DNA from: Paragordius varius
Taxonomy: Eukaryota > Animalia > Nematomorpha
Direction: 5' to 3'
Length of the DNA: 64,000 nucleotides
NCBI GenBank assembly: GCA_964247055.1
Contig: OZ176050.1
Location: 14,508,001-14,572,000, forward strand
A model generated the notes under the pieces. It worked only from the letters and a program-made list of their open reading frames with translations, had not been told where the DNA came from and searched no databases. The position numbers were made by a program, and so were the translations under genes. Position 1 is the first letter of the stretch. Each line of letters begins with the position of its first letter. Positions 1 to 11,653 of this stretch are shown one piece after another.

Positions 1-63
1 TTGTAAATATTAAGTTATTATTTTACTTGTTTTTTTACCTAGTAATAAAATTAAATATTATTT

Positions 64-104
64 GCCTTAACTCACACGAACTATTGTAAAATGATATATT
101 ATAC
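64..104 (+). other. 3' end of a U12-type (AT-AC) intron: branch site plus AC acceptor
   Basis: CCTTAAC at 65-71. No usable AG exists (in-frame TGA at 92-94); the AC at 103-104 restores the conserved A-I-F reading. Confidence 0.8.
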
Positions 105-2125
105 CAATCTTCAAAGAATTCGGTAACACAGAAATGAAATATAAAACTCGCGTAAGGAGTAAAGTCGCAAATTTAAAGGACACCAAAAACCCGAAACTGC
201 GGGAAAATGTCCTTTTAGGCCACATTGCACCAGAAAGGCTGGCTGTCATGACACCTGAGGTAATGATTTTTATTTTTTTTAAATTATGTTTTTTGAGTTA
301 ATTGATGTTTTTACTTTTAGGTATATTAGTAAATGGAATATAACTGATTTTTTTTATTTTTTGAAAAGTTAAGTATATATTAGGTTCCTTTATAATGTTC
401 TCCTTTAATAAGGTACTTTAAACAGTGATGATGTCATCTACAAATTATCTTATCTTTTAATCAATTAAAAGGGTTTTTATACAGAATAAATATGTTTTCA
501 AATTTTACTGTGTAAGATTTAAAATCTTTCGCATTTTATACAATAATTCAATGAAATGTTAAATTTTATATTTTGCTTATAAAAAACAGATTTTTGAGGT
601 TTTTTTTAAGATTTTTGAAAAATTGAGAGGCATTGTTGATTAGTTTTTTAGATATTTTTAAAAATATTTTTAATGACACTAAATTGGATATCTTATCACC
701 AAAAATAAATCTGAAATAATTATTTTTTATGATTTGAGCTGTCTAAATCTTTATATTTGCAAAATTAAAAAGCCCTAGAATAATTGTAATTTACGGGAGT
801 ATTGAAATAAATTTAGTTAAAGATGAGACCCTAATTTTTTTGGCTCTCGGTATTTATAAGATTTGCGTATATTATTATTATGAGTTTTGAATATTGTATA
901 ATTTTTGTTTTTTTTACTGGATTTTTTAAAACTAGGAAATGGCAAGCGATGAAATGAAAAAATTGCGACAACAATATACGAAAGAGGGCATAAATGATCA
1001 TCAAATGTCCACTATAACGGGCACACCGACAGACCTTTTCAAATGTTCCAAATGTAAAGGAAAAAATTGCACTTACACTCAAGTACTCTATATATACATT
1101 TTAAGTCCTGTTTTTTTAGTTTAAATACTAAGTTTAAAAGTAGCTAAAGTACACACATTAAAAATTAAATTATGTACAACAAATGTGAAAACTAAAGACA
1201 TATAAATTGGTTATAAATTCGTATATAAAAATAAATAAATTTCTTGAAACAAAAAATGTATGTTTTATTAAATTTTTTAATATTTTATATGATTGAAACA
1301 TAAGGCGTATAATCCGAATCCTTTATTATTTAACATCTATACTAACAGTTAAAATTAATTTATCTATAAATTAAAACTCGTCTTCAAAATCTTAAAAGAC
1401 AAATGTTTTTTAGTCTCTTACCAACAATTCAAATCTCTATTCCTTATTTTGCAAGTTTAAACGATAAGTTATAATCAAAAATTCAGGGTTTAATATATGG
1501 TCATGTTTATTAAAAAATATATTTAACATTTACCCTCAAACAATGCAAATTCGACTGCGAACAATACAAATTCACATTTGAACAATTAGAATTTACCCTA
1601 AAAATAAATTAGGTATTTTTGGGCTATTATAACGCCTTATCAATATGAAATATATCTTTATGGCTTAGTTCATTATTTTTCGGTATAAATCTTAAACAAA
1701 AGTGTGAATTTCAATTGTTCGAGGATGTAATTTTTTAAGGTGTTAATTCAAAGGTAAATTATAATTATTCAAAAATTAATTTGAATTATATAAGGGGGAT
1801 TTATGAATTGTTCGAGAATGATTTTGAATTCTTTGAAGGTAAATTTGAATTGTTTAAGGGTGAATTTGAAATGTTTGAGGGTGATTTGAATTGTTCGTGG
1901 ATTTGAATTAATGATAAATATACAGGTGAATTTAAATCGTTTAAGGGTAAATTTGTAGTATAAATGGTATAGCTTTCACATTTTGCCTGTATACTCTATT
2001 TTACTTTTAGCATCTTAATTTTTTTTTCAAATTCTTATTTATAGATACAAACTCGAAGTTCTGATGAACCAATGACCACTTTTGTATATTGCATTGATTG
2101 TGGGAATCGATGGAAATTTTGCTAA
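105..2125 (+). CDS. TCEA1: Transcription elongation factor TFIIS (TCEA family), last three coding exons; 5' part lies outside the window
   Basis: Exons 105-259, 936-1082, 2045-2125 splice in frame to (A)[77 protein letters not shown], the TFIIS central domain plus zinc ribbon. The two complete introns are GT-AG; the first exon follows an AC acceptor. Confidence 0.97.
1530..1965. mobile_element. 21-bp-array MITE (family F21), in TFIIS intron
   Basis: Inverted arms of AATTCAAATTCACCCTTGAAC-type units around the conserved AT-rich core. Confidence 0.75.
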
Positions 2126-2456
2126 TAAATAATTTTCCCCTCTCTGACTAAAAATATATGGATTCGATGCAAAAAAACTGATATAAATTTTTTTTGACAT
2201 GCATCGCATACCCCCTCTTATAAATTTTTAAATTTCTCTTAAATTCTTATTACCAATAATGTATAAAGATTTAATATATGTATATATATGTGGAGTTAGT
2301 TTGATGAATATAATTACATGTACTATATTTTCTTTTATGGTGGGCTTTAAAGAAATCTAATAGTTATTTAATAAATTGAAAAACATTTTCGAAAATTGAA
2401 CAAAATTATATTCGGTATATACTTGGGTTAGTTATAGTTAAAATTACAGTATTATA

Positions 2457-2575
2457 TACACATTGCTAGAAAGTTATTATTATTGCCATATAGTTAATAC
2501 AACAAAGGGCAGTAACTATAAGCCAATAATATTCCCCTTTGTATTTACTATTTAGCAATAACTTTCTAGCAATAT
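2457..2575. repeat. ~120 bp imperfect hairpin / small MITE
   Basis: ATTGCTAGAAAGTTATT...AATAACTTTCTAGCAAT arms, with inner ACAAAGGG/CCCTTTGT pairing. Confidence 0.65.
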
Positions 2576-3698
2576 ATACTAAGTCCTACTGTAATGTTCG
2601 ATGATTCGAAACAAATAGGTTAATAGCGCAAGATGTTAGTTTTTGACAAGTTAACCAACTTTTTTTAGAAACATTCCTGTAAGATTTTTTAGATTTAAAC
2701 AAAAGCAAACATTTGACGCTTGGATACAACACGGTGATTTTAGCCCTCTTTGTTCTATATGTGGCGCTATTGTAATGAGTAACCGTTAAATATGTTTAGC
2801 ATCATCGAATTGTACATAGAAAAAGTGTTTTTATATCTAAAGCATTTTCATACCTTTTCCATAATGCCAAAAATGGTAAGAAATACGCGTCAACAAATTG
2901 TTAATTTTTTATGGAAATAACCATTTTTTTGCTAAAAACTTTTTTAGTCAAAATTTAACATTACTTAAATTTAACCAATATCGGTCTTTTCGTCTTTACA
3001 TTATGCAAACTTGCCTTTGGCGCCATCCTATATATCTATATATATATATATACTACTGATGTTTTTTAGAATGTAGCATTTAGCTTTCAAAAAATTATGT
3101 AACAAAATATGCGCAAATTTTACCATTTTCTGATATGAGATTCACAAAAGTGGTAATAACTTTCATATATCTTTCGAAAGCGGCTAAAACCAAAAGCACA
3201 GTGGGAATCCAAAAACACTTTATCAATATATATATCAGGATATTTTTTGAAAAACTATGCAATAAAGGTGTCCCATCGTAACAAATTTTTGATTTAGGTT
3301 AGTTATTAATAACTATTTTGGAAACTAATTAGTCAAATGTCGTATATTATGACTGTCATCTACTAGATGTGGATTTATTAACACGATAATGTGCACATAA
3401 CCTTAAGGCACCATTCGCTATTGTTATACAAACAATAGGGTTGTCCCAGGTTTTTTTCATTGGTAATGGTTTAATTATGTCCGCTTCTAAAAGTCTCTTA
3501 ATTTCAGAGTCGACTTTTTTTAACGGTATCGGGATGTAACGACAAAATTTTGGTTTTGTATTGTTTTTTTAAAAAAGATTGATAGGGGTTCCAGTGAAAC
3601 ACTATATCTTTTTACAAATAATATGAATTAAATTTTTGAACAAGTGAATTCCTCAAATACATTATTATTAAAATATTTACTACAATTTATCAGTTGTT

Positions 3699-5236
3699 TT
3701 ATGGCATTCGGGAATTATTATAGCCAATCTCAATTAAGAATTGTTGGGCCTTCTTGCCGCTCACAACCATATACGCCAAAGATTTCGTTTCACCATCGAA
3801 TTGTACCCTGACCATACACCTACCCTTGAAATTGATTCTTTGTCCCCCATAGCTACACAAACATGGGCGTGTTTGTAGCAACTCGGGCTCCCCAATTTTT
3901 TCACACGCTTGACAATCAATCATAGATAAACTTGAACATGTGTCTATGATCATGCGTATTGGTTTACCATTAATTACTATTGTTATCTTAGGGGTGGATC
4001 CACATTTAATATGCTGAACGTTGCTAATCATTTTTTTCTTACGTTGGAAGTGATTCCAGCCTTGACAGTTACAAGAGTGGAGTTATACTGCAAAGAAAAC
4101 ATTCAGTAAATACCAAAATCAAACTGTGTGTGATATTAAAATACAGATGTAGTAACTATTTTGCTTGAGCTACAATTAACATTAACTACGTGTATCAGAA
4201 AGAGTTATATGTGTTTACAATTATATAGGTGCGTTTGTGTCTACGAAATTCGGATTTAACCTAATATTATAAGAACTATCCAATAATAATAGTGTTCCAA
4301 TTTTATGTGGGATTCAGTTTTCGCATCGGACGGTTTCTTGACATTTTTTATACGTATTTACCCACTTTTTTATGTCGCTTTCCATGTTGTGCCCAACGAG
4401 TATTTGTCTTGCTTTCGTACATTGCTTTGGATCCCGGGTGTCCGACGTGTAATAATTGTAAGATAATTTACCTTTTGAGATTCGGGAATTAATCTATCAT
4501 ACCAATATAATAAACCGTATGTATTTTCAATTTCATTTCTAAAACTGTGGAATGGATGTAATATTTTATTGGACCATCTGTTTGTTCTTAGTGCACTTAT
4601 TACTTGTTTTAATACAGGATCGGTTTCAGTCTGGTTTCTAATATGGTCATGATTTATATTGAATAGATTACTATTGACTAACCTTACATGTTGTGCTGTT
4701 TGAAGCTTTCTGTGTCTTGTTGTTGTGGTTCTGTCGGCATGCGGGACAATGGTTCTGCAATGTTTTCGTGGCTTTTAATGTACCGTAGATTGTAATTAAA
4801 TTCGCTGGCTTTATATATCCAACGTAGTAGATTGGGATTATTCATTTGGTCTAGTTTACTATTATTTCCAAACAGCTTTATTAGTGGTTTGTCGCAGTTT
4901 AAACTTCTTGCCCGTAATAAACGTATTAAATTTTTAAAAAGCGAAAAGTATGGCTTGTGATTCTTTTTCTATCATTGATAGACCACTTTCTAGATGTTAG
5001 GCCATAGGTTTATTTATGCCCTCCTGCGTGGTCTGTAGTAACACTGCTCCGTACCCTTTATTAGAGGCGTCTGTTTCAATTATTAAAGGTAACTCAGGGT
5101 TGAACGGAGTTAGTTTAACAGTTGACATATTAAATTTTTGGCTTTGTTAATACAGTTGTCGTGGTTTTCGGTCCTTATCCAGGGTTTTTTATAACTGCTT
5201 AGGCCGTGAAGGAGGAAGCGTGTGTGAAAAGTTATT
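3699..5236 (-). mobile_element. Rearranged Ty3/gypsy fragments (element D): RNase H-integrase followed by zinc-knuckle-protease, RT missing
   Basis: IIETDASNKGYGAVLLQ (RH), LLHVGHPG (IN zinc finger) with stops, then protease ORF 3699-4031 (MIIDTCSS). The order is non-canonical. Confidence 0.85.
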
Positions 5237-5609
5237 TTGACACCTGAGGTTTTATCTTCCAATTTATTGTAGCTTTCACGATTCGCTGTTAACCTTAGAA
5301 GGGAATGAATAACACAACGTTCTTTAAAATTTCTGGTATATTGGGGGAAATCTTTCTTAAACCAAATTTCAATATTGCACAAATTGGATAATCTGGATTT
5401 TTGCAAGGTGTTTTATCCACCGTGTCTTTTATTATATCATAAGCAGAAAGGACCTCCTTAAACGTAACTTCTATGGGGTTTTTAGGGTCACATTTTGGAT
5501 CAAAAGCTTTGCTGTTTGAATCAATTATATCTTGGAGCGAGAATGAATTGGATTTATGATTATTATTAAAATTATTTTTATTATTATCCATTCTCAATTC
5601 TTCCATCAT
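5237..5609 (-). pseudogene. 5' fragment of a threonine dehydratase / serine racemase-like (PALP family) gene fused to gypsy pol
   Basis: MMEELRM..FDPKCDPKNPIEVTFKEVLSAYDIIKDTVDKTPCK, a 1-nt deletion near 5400, then KSRLSNLCNIEIWFKKDFPQYTRNFKERCVIHSLLRL. This matches the K-x-D/E..Q.TGSFKERG PLP-lysine region. Confidence 0.8.
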
Positions 5610-6374
5610 ACCACCCGATCCAATCGTTGTGTTTGATAAGGTAGGGGATGGTGGTGGTAATAAGGTATGGGAGCCATGAGACAAAACTTTGGTTTGCTGC
5701 GTTAGAGGTAATATCCTGGAATGATAGGCTAATGAGAATAGGTGTGGTCTCTTTTAAAGCCTGTGCTATTTCAATATCAGAAGCGAATCGAAGATGAATT
5801 TGAGATAGAGATATAACGGGGCCAGTAGGTGTATTATCAGTATCGATCGGACTTTTTTGTAAAAGTAGTCAAATGCACAACACTAATTATTACACATTTA
5901 TGACCGAACATATAGGCCCAAAAATTGGTTAAAATCAAAAATTTACAATTTTGACGTGTCGACTTATTTATTTACGGAATGAGCTTTTTCATCACCTTAC
6001 TTATCTATTATTTCTGATCAATATTATTTCTGATCAATAAAAAATGTTGGTTCTAAAATAATTATCAAAAAATAAATTGGCCTTTTTCAATTTTATTTTG
6101 TTTGTCATTCTTTAATGCTTACAGCATACATGATCCATTTTTATGGCTCGCACATAAGTATATTCTGCCCAACTTAAGCTTGATTGTATAAATATTTAGG
6201 CTTTGTGATGGCATCAAATTAAAACAAATCTAAAAACGTGCACAGGAAAAAAGGATGCCTTTTTTTCGTTTTTTATTGATGTTAGGTTAATCTTTTTTTT
6301 AAATTTAAACAACATGTGGTTTAAAAATAATTGCATTTCACTAAGTCACAGTAACACCTAGGTTACTATACAAT

Positions 6375-6720
6375 TTACAATTCAAATTCACCTTTGAACA
6401 ATTTAAATACATTCTCGAACAATTCAAATCCACCCTTGAACAATTTGAATTCACCTTCGAACAATTCAAATTCACCCTTGAACATTTTAAATTCGCTCTT
6501 CAAATTCACCCTAAAAAAATTATATTCAAGCTAATATAACTCATTATTATGAAATATATTAGGGCATAATATATTATTTTTTCAGCATTTTAATTTTAAA
6601 CGAAATTTCATTTTTTTAATATTAAAAAATACAGGTAATTTATAACTTTATTAAGCACATAATTTATTTTGGGTGACCTTGAATTGTTCGAGGGTAATTA
6701 AATTGTTCAAGGGGAAACTA
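6375..6720. mobile_element. F21 MITE copy
   Basis: Left 21-bp array and core; degenerate right arm. Confidence 0.75.
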
Positions 6721-7057
6721 TAATTCGTATATCAATATTTTCGTAAATTGGATAAAATTAATTTTTAATATTTTACGCTTGATTTTCACGATAATACTTT
6801 TAAATATTTTTTTAGGGGTAATTGTAAAAAAGAAAGGTAAATTTTTTAAATTTTGGAATGGGCTATTTATTACAGTTTTATTATTTCTTTCTTGGGACAT
6901 TTTTTTGTTGCAATGGATTAGACTATTTTATAGTTTTTATGATAAAAATTTGTAATGCTTTAAAAGCAAGCCATTGTAGCGATCGAAAATTTTTAAAACG
7001 ATTTTAATTGTGGCGGATATTTTAAGATTACTAATCCATTTTAATAATTTTAGATTG

Positions 7058-7129
7058 GACCACAAGTAACGTCTACGGTAAAAAAGGATTACTTTATTCT
7101 ATATCATGTTGTTATATAATGATCTATCT

Positions 7130-7165
<36 letters not shown>

Positions 7166-10100
7166 AATATAATTGGTATAAATGTATCCACATATATGAA
7201 GGTGAAATTCTTGCCTTTCTACATTTATTCAAACTATGAGAATAATAATAGTAAAACAGGGTGGTGAGGTTAATTTAATACTATAATTGAAATGTTGTTT
7301 GTACGGTTAATCTAATAGTATAATTTAAGGTTCCAAATTAGCCTGTCAGATACCACTATAACATCACTACCCCCTTCTAACGAAAGCGGACGGGACGAAT
7401 TCTTGTCGGGTACCGTCTTTCCTGTATTTTTGTAGGGGAGCAGGTTTGGCGAGGTTCCTGGGTATTATTATTATTATTATTATTTAGACTTGCGGTTGTC
7501 GGGGTAATCGTTTCGGTTTCGTTACTTGGGTTGATCGTGACGTTTGGTTAAGGTTAGACAATCGTAACATCATCCTGGACAGTGGTTAAGTCCTCAGTTG
7601 CTGGAAGTGGTAGTTTGTTGTTGTGGCTGGTGTACTATTTGATCGGCGTGTTTCCTCACGAGTTTCTCCCGGTCTTTATCCCACACCTTGTGTGATAATC
7701 TGTACGGTCCGTGATCTCTCCGGCGTGCCACCCTGGACTTAGTTGATTCCTGATCATTACTAGTTCATTAAACGCAAACTCACGTCGGGGTGCCGGTGCG
7801 TCTAGCAATCTTGCCCTACTAATTAACCAGGTTAAGGGGTTATGGGATGTACGCTTGAACATTAATTGGGCCGGGTCTTTCGTTTTCGAGTGTATAAAGT
7901 TTCTATACGCCCATAGGCTAATTTTAAATGTTTCGTGGGTGGATATCGCATTATTTTTTATTTATTTTTATCGTACCCACCAACCTTTCTACCATCCCAT
8001 TAATCTTAGGGGTAACAGTTTCACCCCTAACGTACCTAAGTTGACGTGAATTACTCATTGCTAAAATACGAAGCGTTATCGCAACGATTTCTCTTGCAAA
8101 ACCAAACCTTGCAAGATTATATTAGCTGAGGTTACCTTTTTCAAAATAAACCCTTCTGCCCATTTCGAAACACTATTAATTATCAACAATCAATAATAAC
8201 CGTCTACTGGTCCGGCTATATTAATATGCAAACGCTCTCTCACAGCGACAATATGATCCCACTGATACTTGGAATTTTGATAACATTCCGCCAACTACGT
8301 TAACACGATTCGCTTTGACGATTGGCTTTTACCGGGTCATTTTCTAATTCTGGCCAATAACACGTAAATCTGGCCATCGTTTTCATGGTCTCAAAATAAT
8401 AATCCGATCATTTTAACAAGCCATATTGATAAGCCAACTCGTCTTTACGGTTTACAAACTTTTCTAATTCTGGAGCACTCTGGTCATGGTTGTTTAACGC
8501 TTTAATTACTCTCTGTAATATTGGATCTAATCCGGTTTCTTTTCGAATTTCATCTCTGCTTAACGGCAAGTTATGAACTCTCAGGTATCTGGTTACCGTA
8601 TAATCTTCATCATAAGCATCGATCTCGCCAATCGGCCATCTCTATAAATAATCAGCTCTATTTTGAGCCTCTTTTTAATGACTTATTTCAAAAAAGTATT
8701 CATTTATTATATTAATCCATTTAGTACTTTAGCATTATGTATTTCTTTCAAATTTCGATCTCTATCTATTTATTTTAGAGATAAATGGTCATTTAATATT
8801 ATAAATTTTCAACTATATACGAAACTATGAAACTATCTTAACGCAAACAATATTGCTTTTAATTCCTTCTCGATAGTAAAATAATTCCGTTCGGCGTTGC
8901 TACATTTTTGTGAGGCATCCGCGATCGGTATCCTATCACTATTAACCTCAGGACTTAAAATGCACCCAAATCTAAATTTGAAGCATAATTTCCTAGTCGG
9001 ATTATATGGTGTTAAAAACACTTTGCTTAAATTCATCGCAGCTAACCAGCTTTTCTCATGTTTCTCGGTCCAAGACCATCTCGTATTTTTACTAGTTAAT
9101 TCATGTAAGGGACCGAGTATTATTTGTATTAGAGTTGTGCTGATCAAATCATGACCAGGTCAGTGACTATTTATTTTTTGACCATGGTCATTTAAAATAA
9201 CAGCTATTTTCTGAAAAATTTCTGGTAAAATTTTTTGGAAGAGAGATAGTAAGATTACAATGTTTTTTGATATATTTTTTCAAAAATATAAATTTATTGA
9301 AATTTATTTAAAAATGTAGTTAAACATGCATCCTTATAACATTATCATTTAACCATATCCGGTCATTTCGAATAACAAAACAATCAAGCACTTTGCCAAA
9401 TATCAATTATTCCATATGTGTGAACCAATAAAATGAAATTTTATAATTGGATTCAATAATGAAAGAAAGTGTAAAACAAACTATGTAAAATTTTATTTGA
9501 AAGATTCAATATTAAAAGCTATGCATTTGAAGATTCAGAAAGCCACAAACATGTGGCAAAATTTATTAACAAAATTTTTAGATTAAATTTAATTGAAATA
9601 TTCTTAAATAATAAATATTAAAAAGTATAATACAAACTCATGACATTAATAGTGAAATGCAAGTGACGTTCGAACATTATTTTCGCAATCCAATATTGAA
9701 TGGTATTTACTTAGGTAAAAAGTGGTCATGACCGTGGTCATGACCATGGTCTGACTAGACTGATCGGACTTTTTTGAAAAAGCAGTCAAATGGACAACCC
9801 TATTTGTAATTTTGGTATAAAACGTTCATAAAACGTAAAAAAACCTAGAAAACTAGGTAATGACTTTTTACGGCATTTTTAGTTCCTTAATTGCCTTGAT
9901 CTTTTTCGATATTTCAAGCCCTAAATAGTTTACGGATTCTGCACCTATCATTATTTTATTTTGTCTTAATTTGCCCGCCTTATCGAGACGACTTAATACG
10001 TTATTAAATTGATAATGTGCTCATTTTCCGTCCTACCAGTCACTAGGACGTCATCTAAATATACGCAAGTTCCCTGACTTTCAGTCAGCACTGTTCCATT

Positions 10101-11116
10101 ACCTGTTAAAAGATGATGGGTGCCGTGGCCAGTCCAAACATGCGTTTGTATCGAAAAAAACCTTTATGTGTTGAGATATTTAACGATTCTTGACACTTCT
10201 ATGCCACTGGCATCTAAAGGTAAGCATCTTTTAAATCAATTTTTGTGAATGTGAGACCTTCTATTTTCGACACCAACTCATCAAACGTGAGAATCTTCTT
10301 GCAATCACTTATTCCATCATTGGAACCATGGTGTTGTTGTTTGATTTTACCGGCAGCGTCGGTCGTAGTTTGGCTTTACCTATTTGTTCTTACGTTGTAA
10401 AGTTCATTACACTGATATCAGAACTGGTATCATAGATGAAGTCTTTTTTCAGACCGTTTATTATTAATGTTACCAGTGAAGGTTGAGCATTTCGGCCTTG
10501 CTTGACATCCTTTAATAGTTGTTGCCTATTAAAGTTAGGTTTTTGTCTCTTGAGCCTGCACATCCTAGTAAAATGGTTCAATTTTCCGCATTCGTTGCAG
10601 GATCTTCTCCAGGCTGGACACTTGTAAGGTGGATGTGGGATGCCGCAATGTTTGCATGCGGTAGATGATTTTATTATTGTTTGTCGGTCGGTAGGGGTTA
10701 TTATGTTGTAACTGATTGATATTTTTATTGGTGTTACTCATCTATCTTCGATTGCTATGACAAACGAACTACCAATGAATATAGCACCTTCTAACGCTAT
10801 CATTGCCAGTATTTATCCATAAAAAATGTAGTACCACAAGTAACTTCAGATACGGTAAAAAAGGATTAATTTATTGTATATGTTCGTTGTTATATAATCT
10901 ATATATATATATATATATATAATCAGGTATAACTATATTTGTATATATCAAGGTGAATTGCCTTTCTACAATTTATTTACAGTATATAATAATAAAAGTA
11001 AAACGTGGTGGTCAGGTTAATCTAATAATATAATAATACTGCAAACATAAGTTACAAGGTAAATTTAAAAATTTATATGTTATTTGTGACAAAATGGCCT
11101 GTCAATCACTAAACAA
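7058..11116 (-). mobile_element. Degenerate Ty3/gypsy LTR retrotransposon (element C) with two diverged LTRs
   Basis: Direct repeats at ~7058-7362 and ~10826-11116. PPT (CCCCCTTCT on +) at ~7369. Minus-strand remnants of zinc knuckle (CNECGKLNHFTRMC), RT, RH (ORF 8833-9147), IN and the RKHADQ tail, with many stops. Confidence 0.88.
9129..9802. mobile_element. hAT-like MITE inserted in element C
   Basis: Termini TAGAGTTGTGC / GGACAACCCTA and ~8-bp duplication TATTTGTA (9121-28, 9801-08). Removing it restores ERFIPKLQI-ILGPLHEL. Confidence 0.7.
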
Positions 11117-11653
11117 TAGTCCAGAACTCAATTTTGTAAATAACCTATAGTTTTGAAATTTATTTATTCAAAATATATTTATCAAACATTGTTTTCATTT
11201 GTTAGATAAAAAGGCTGATCTTTTTTACAGTGAATAAAAAAATTCGATAATTATTATTTATGTTAAAATCTTTTTCTAAATCAAGGATTTAATATTTATA
11301 TCAATAGTTTGTAATATTTAATACAGCTCAAAAAGTTATAATCTCCCCCGCCACATTTAAGATTTTCTTTTGTATTAAATTTAATATTAGTTTTTTTAAT
11401 GATTATAAAATTCGGACTGCACCAAAACACGATTTAAAAGAACAGTTGACATTAAAATCAAAATATAACAAGTTTTTGTTGGTATATAGCCTAAAACCTG
11501 TTAAAAGTTAATTATATTTTTTCGCCATAATATACATTGCCTGTTGCATCAGTTAAAATATTATAGAAAAAAATCGCGACAAAAAAGTTTGAGATGATAA
11601 TTTTTTTACAATTTTACATTTTAAAAAAAAGTTGTATAATGCGCCTAAAAGAC

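Noticed and set aside
3436-5890. Pack-hAT interpretation of the dehydratase/gypsy chimera (TAGGGTTGTCC left end; right end homologous to 9760-9802)
   Set aside because: Only an 11-bp terminal match on the left and no TSD; kept as a weak alternative only.
7131-7163. (TA)n microsatellites here and at many other sites
   Set aside because: Ordinary for this AT-rich genome; several simply mark TA-targeting MITE insertions.
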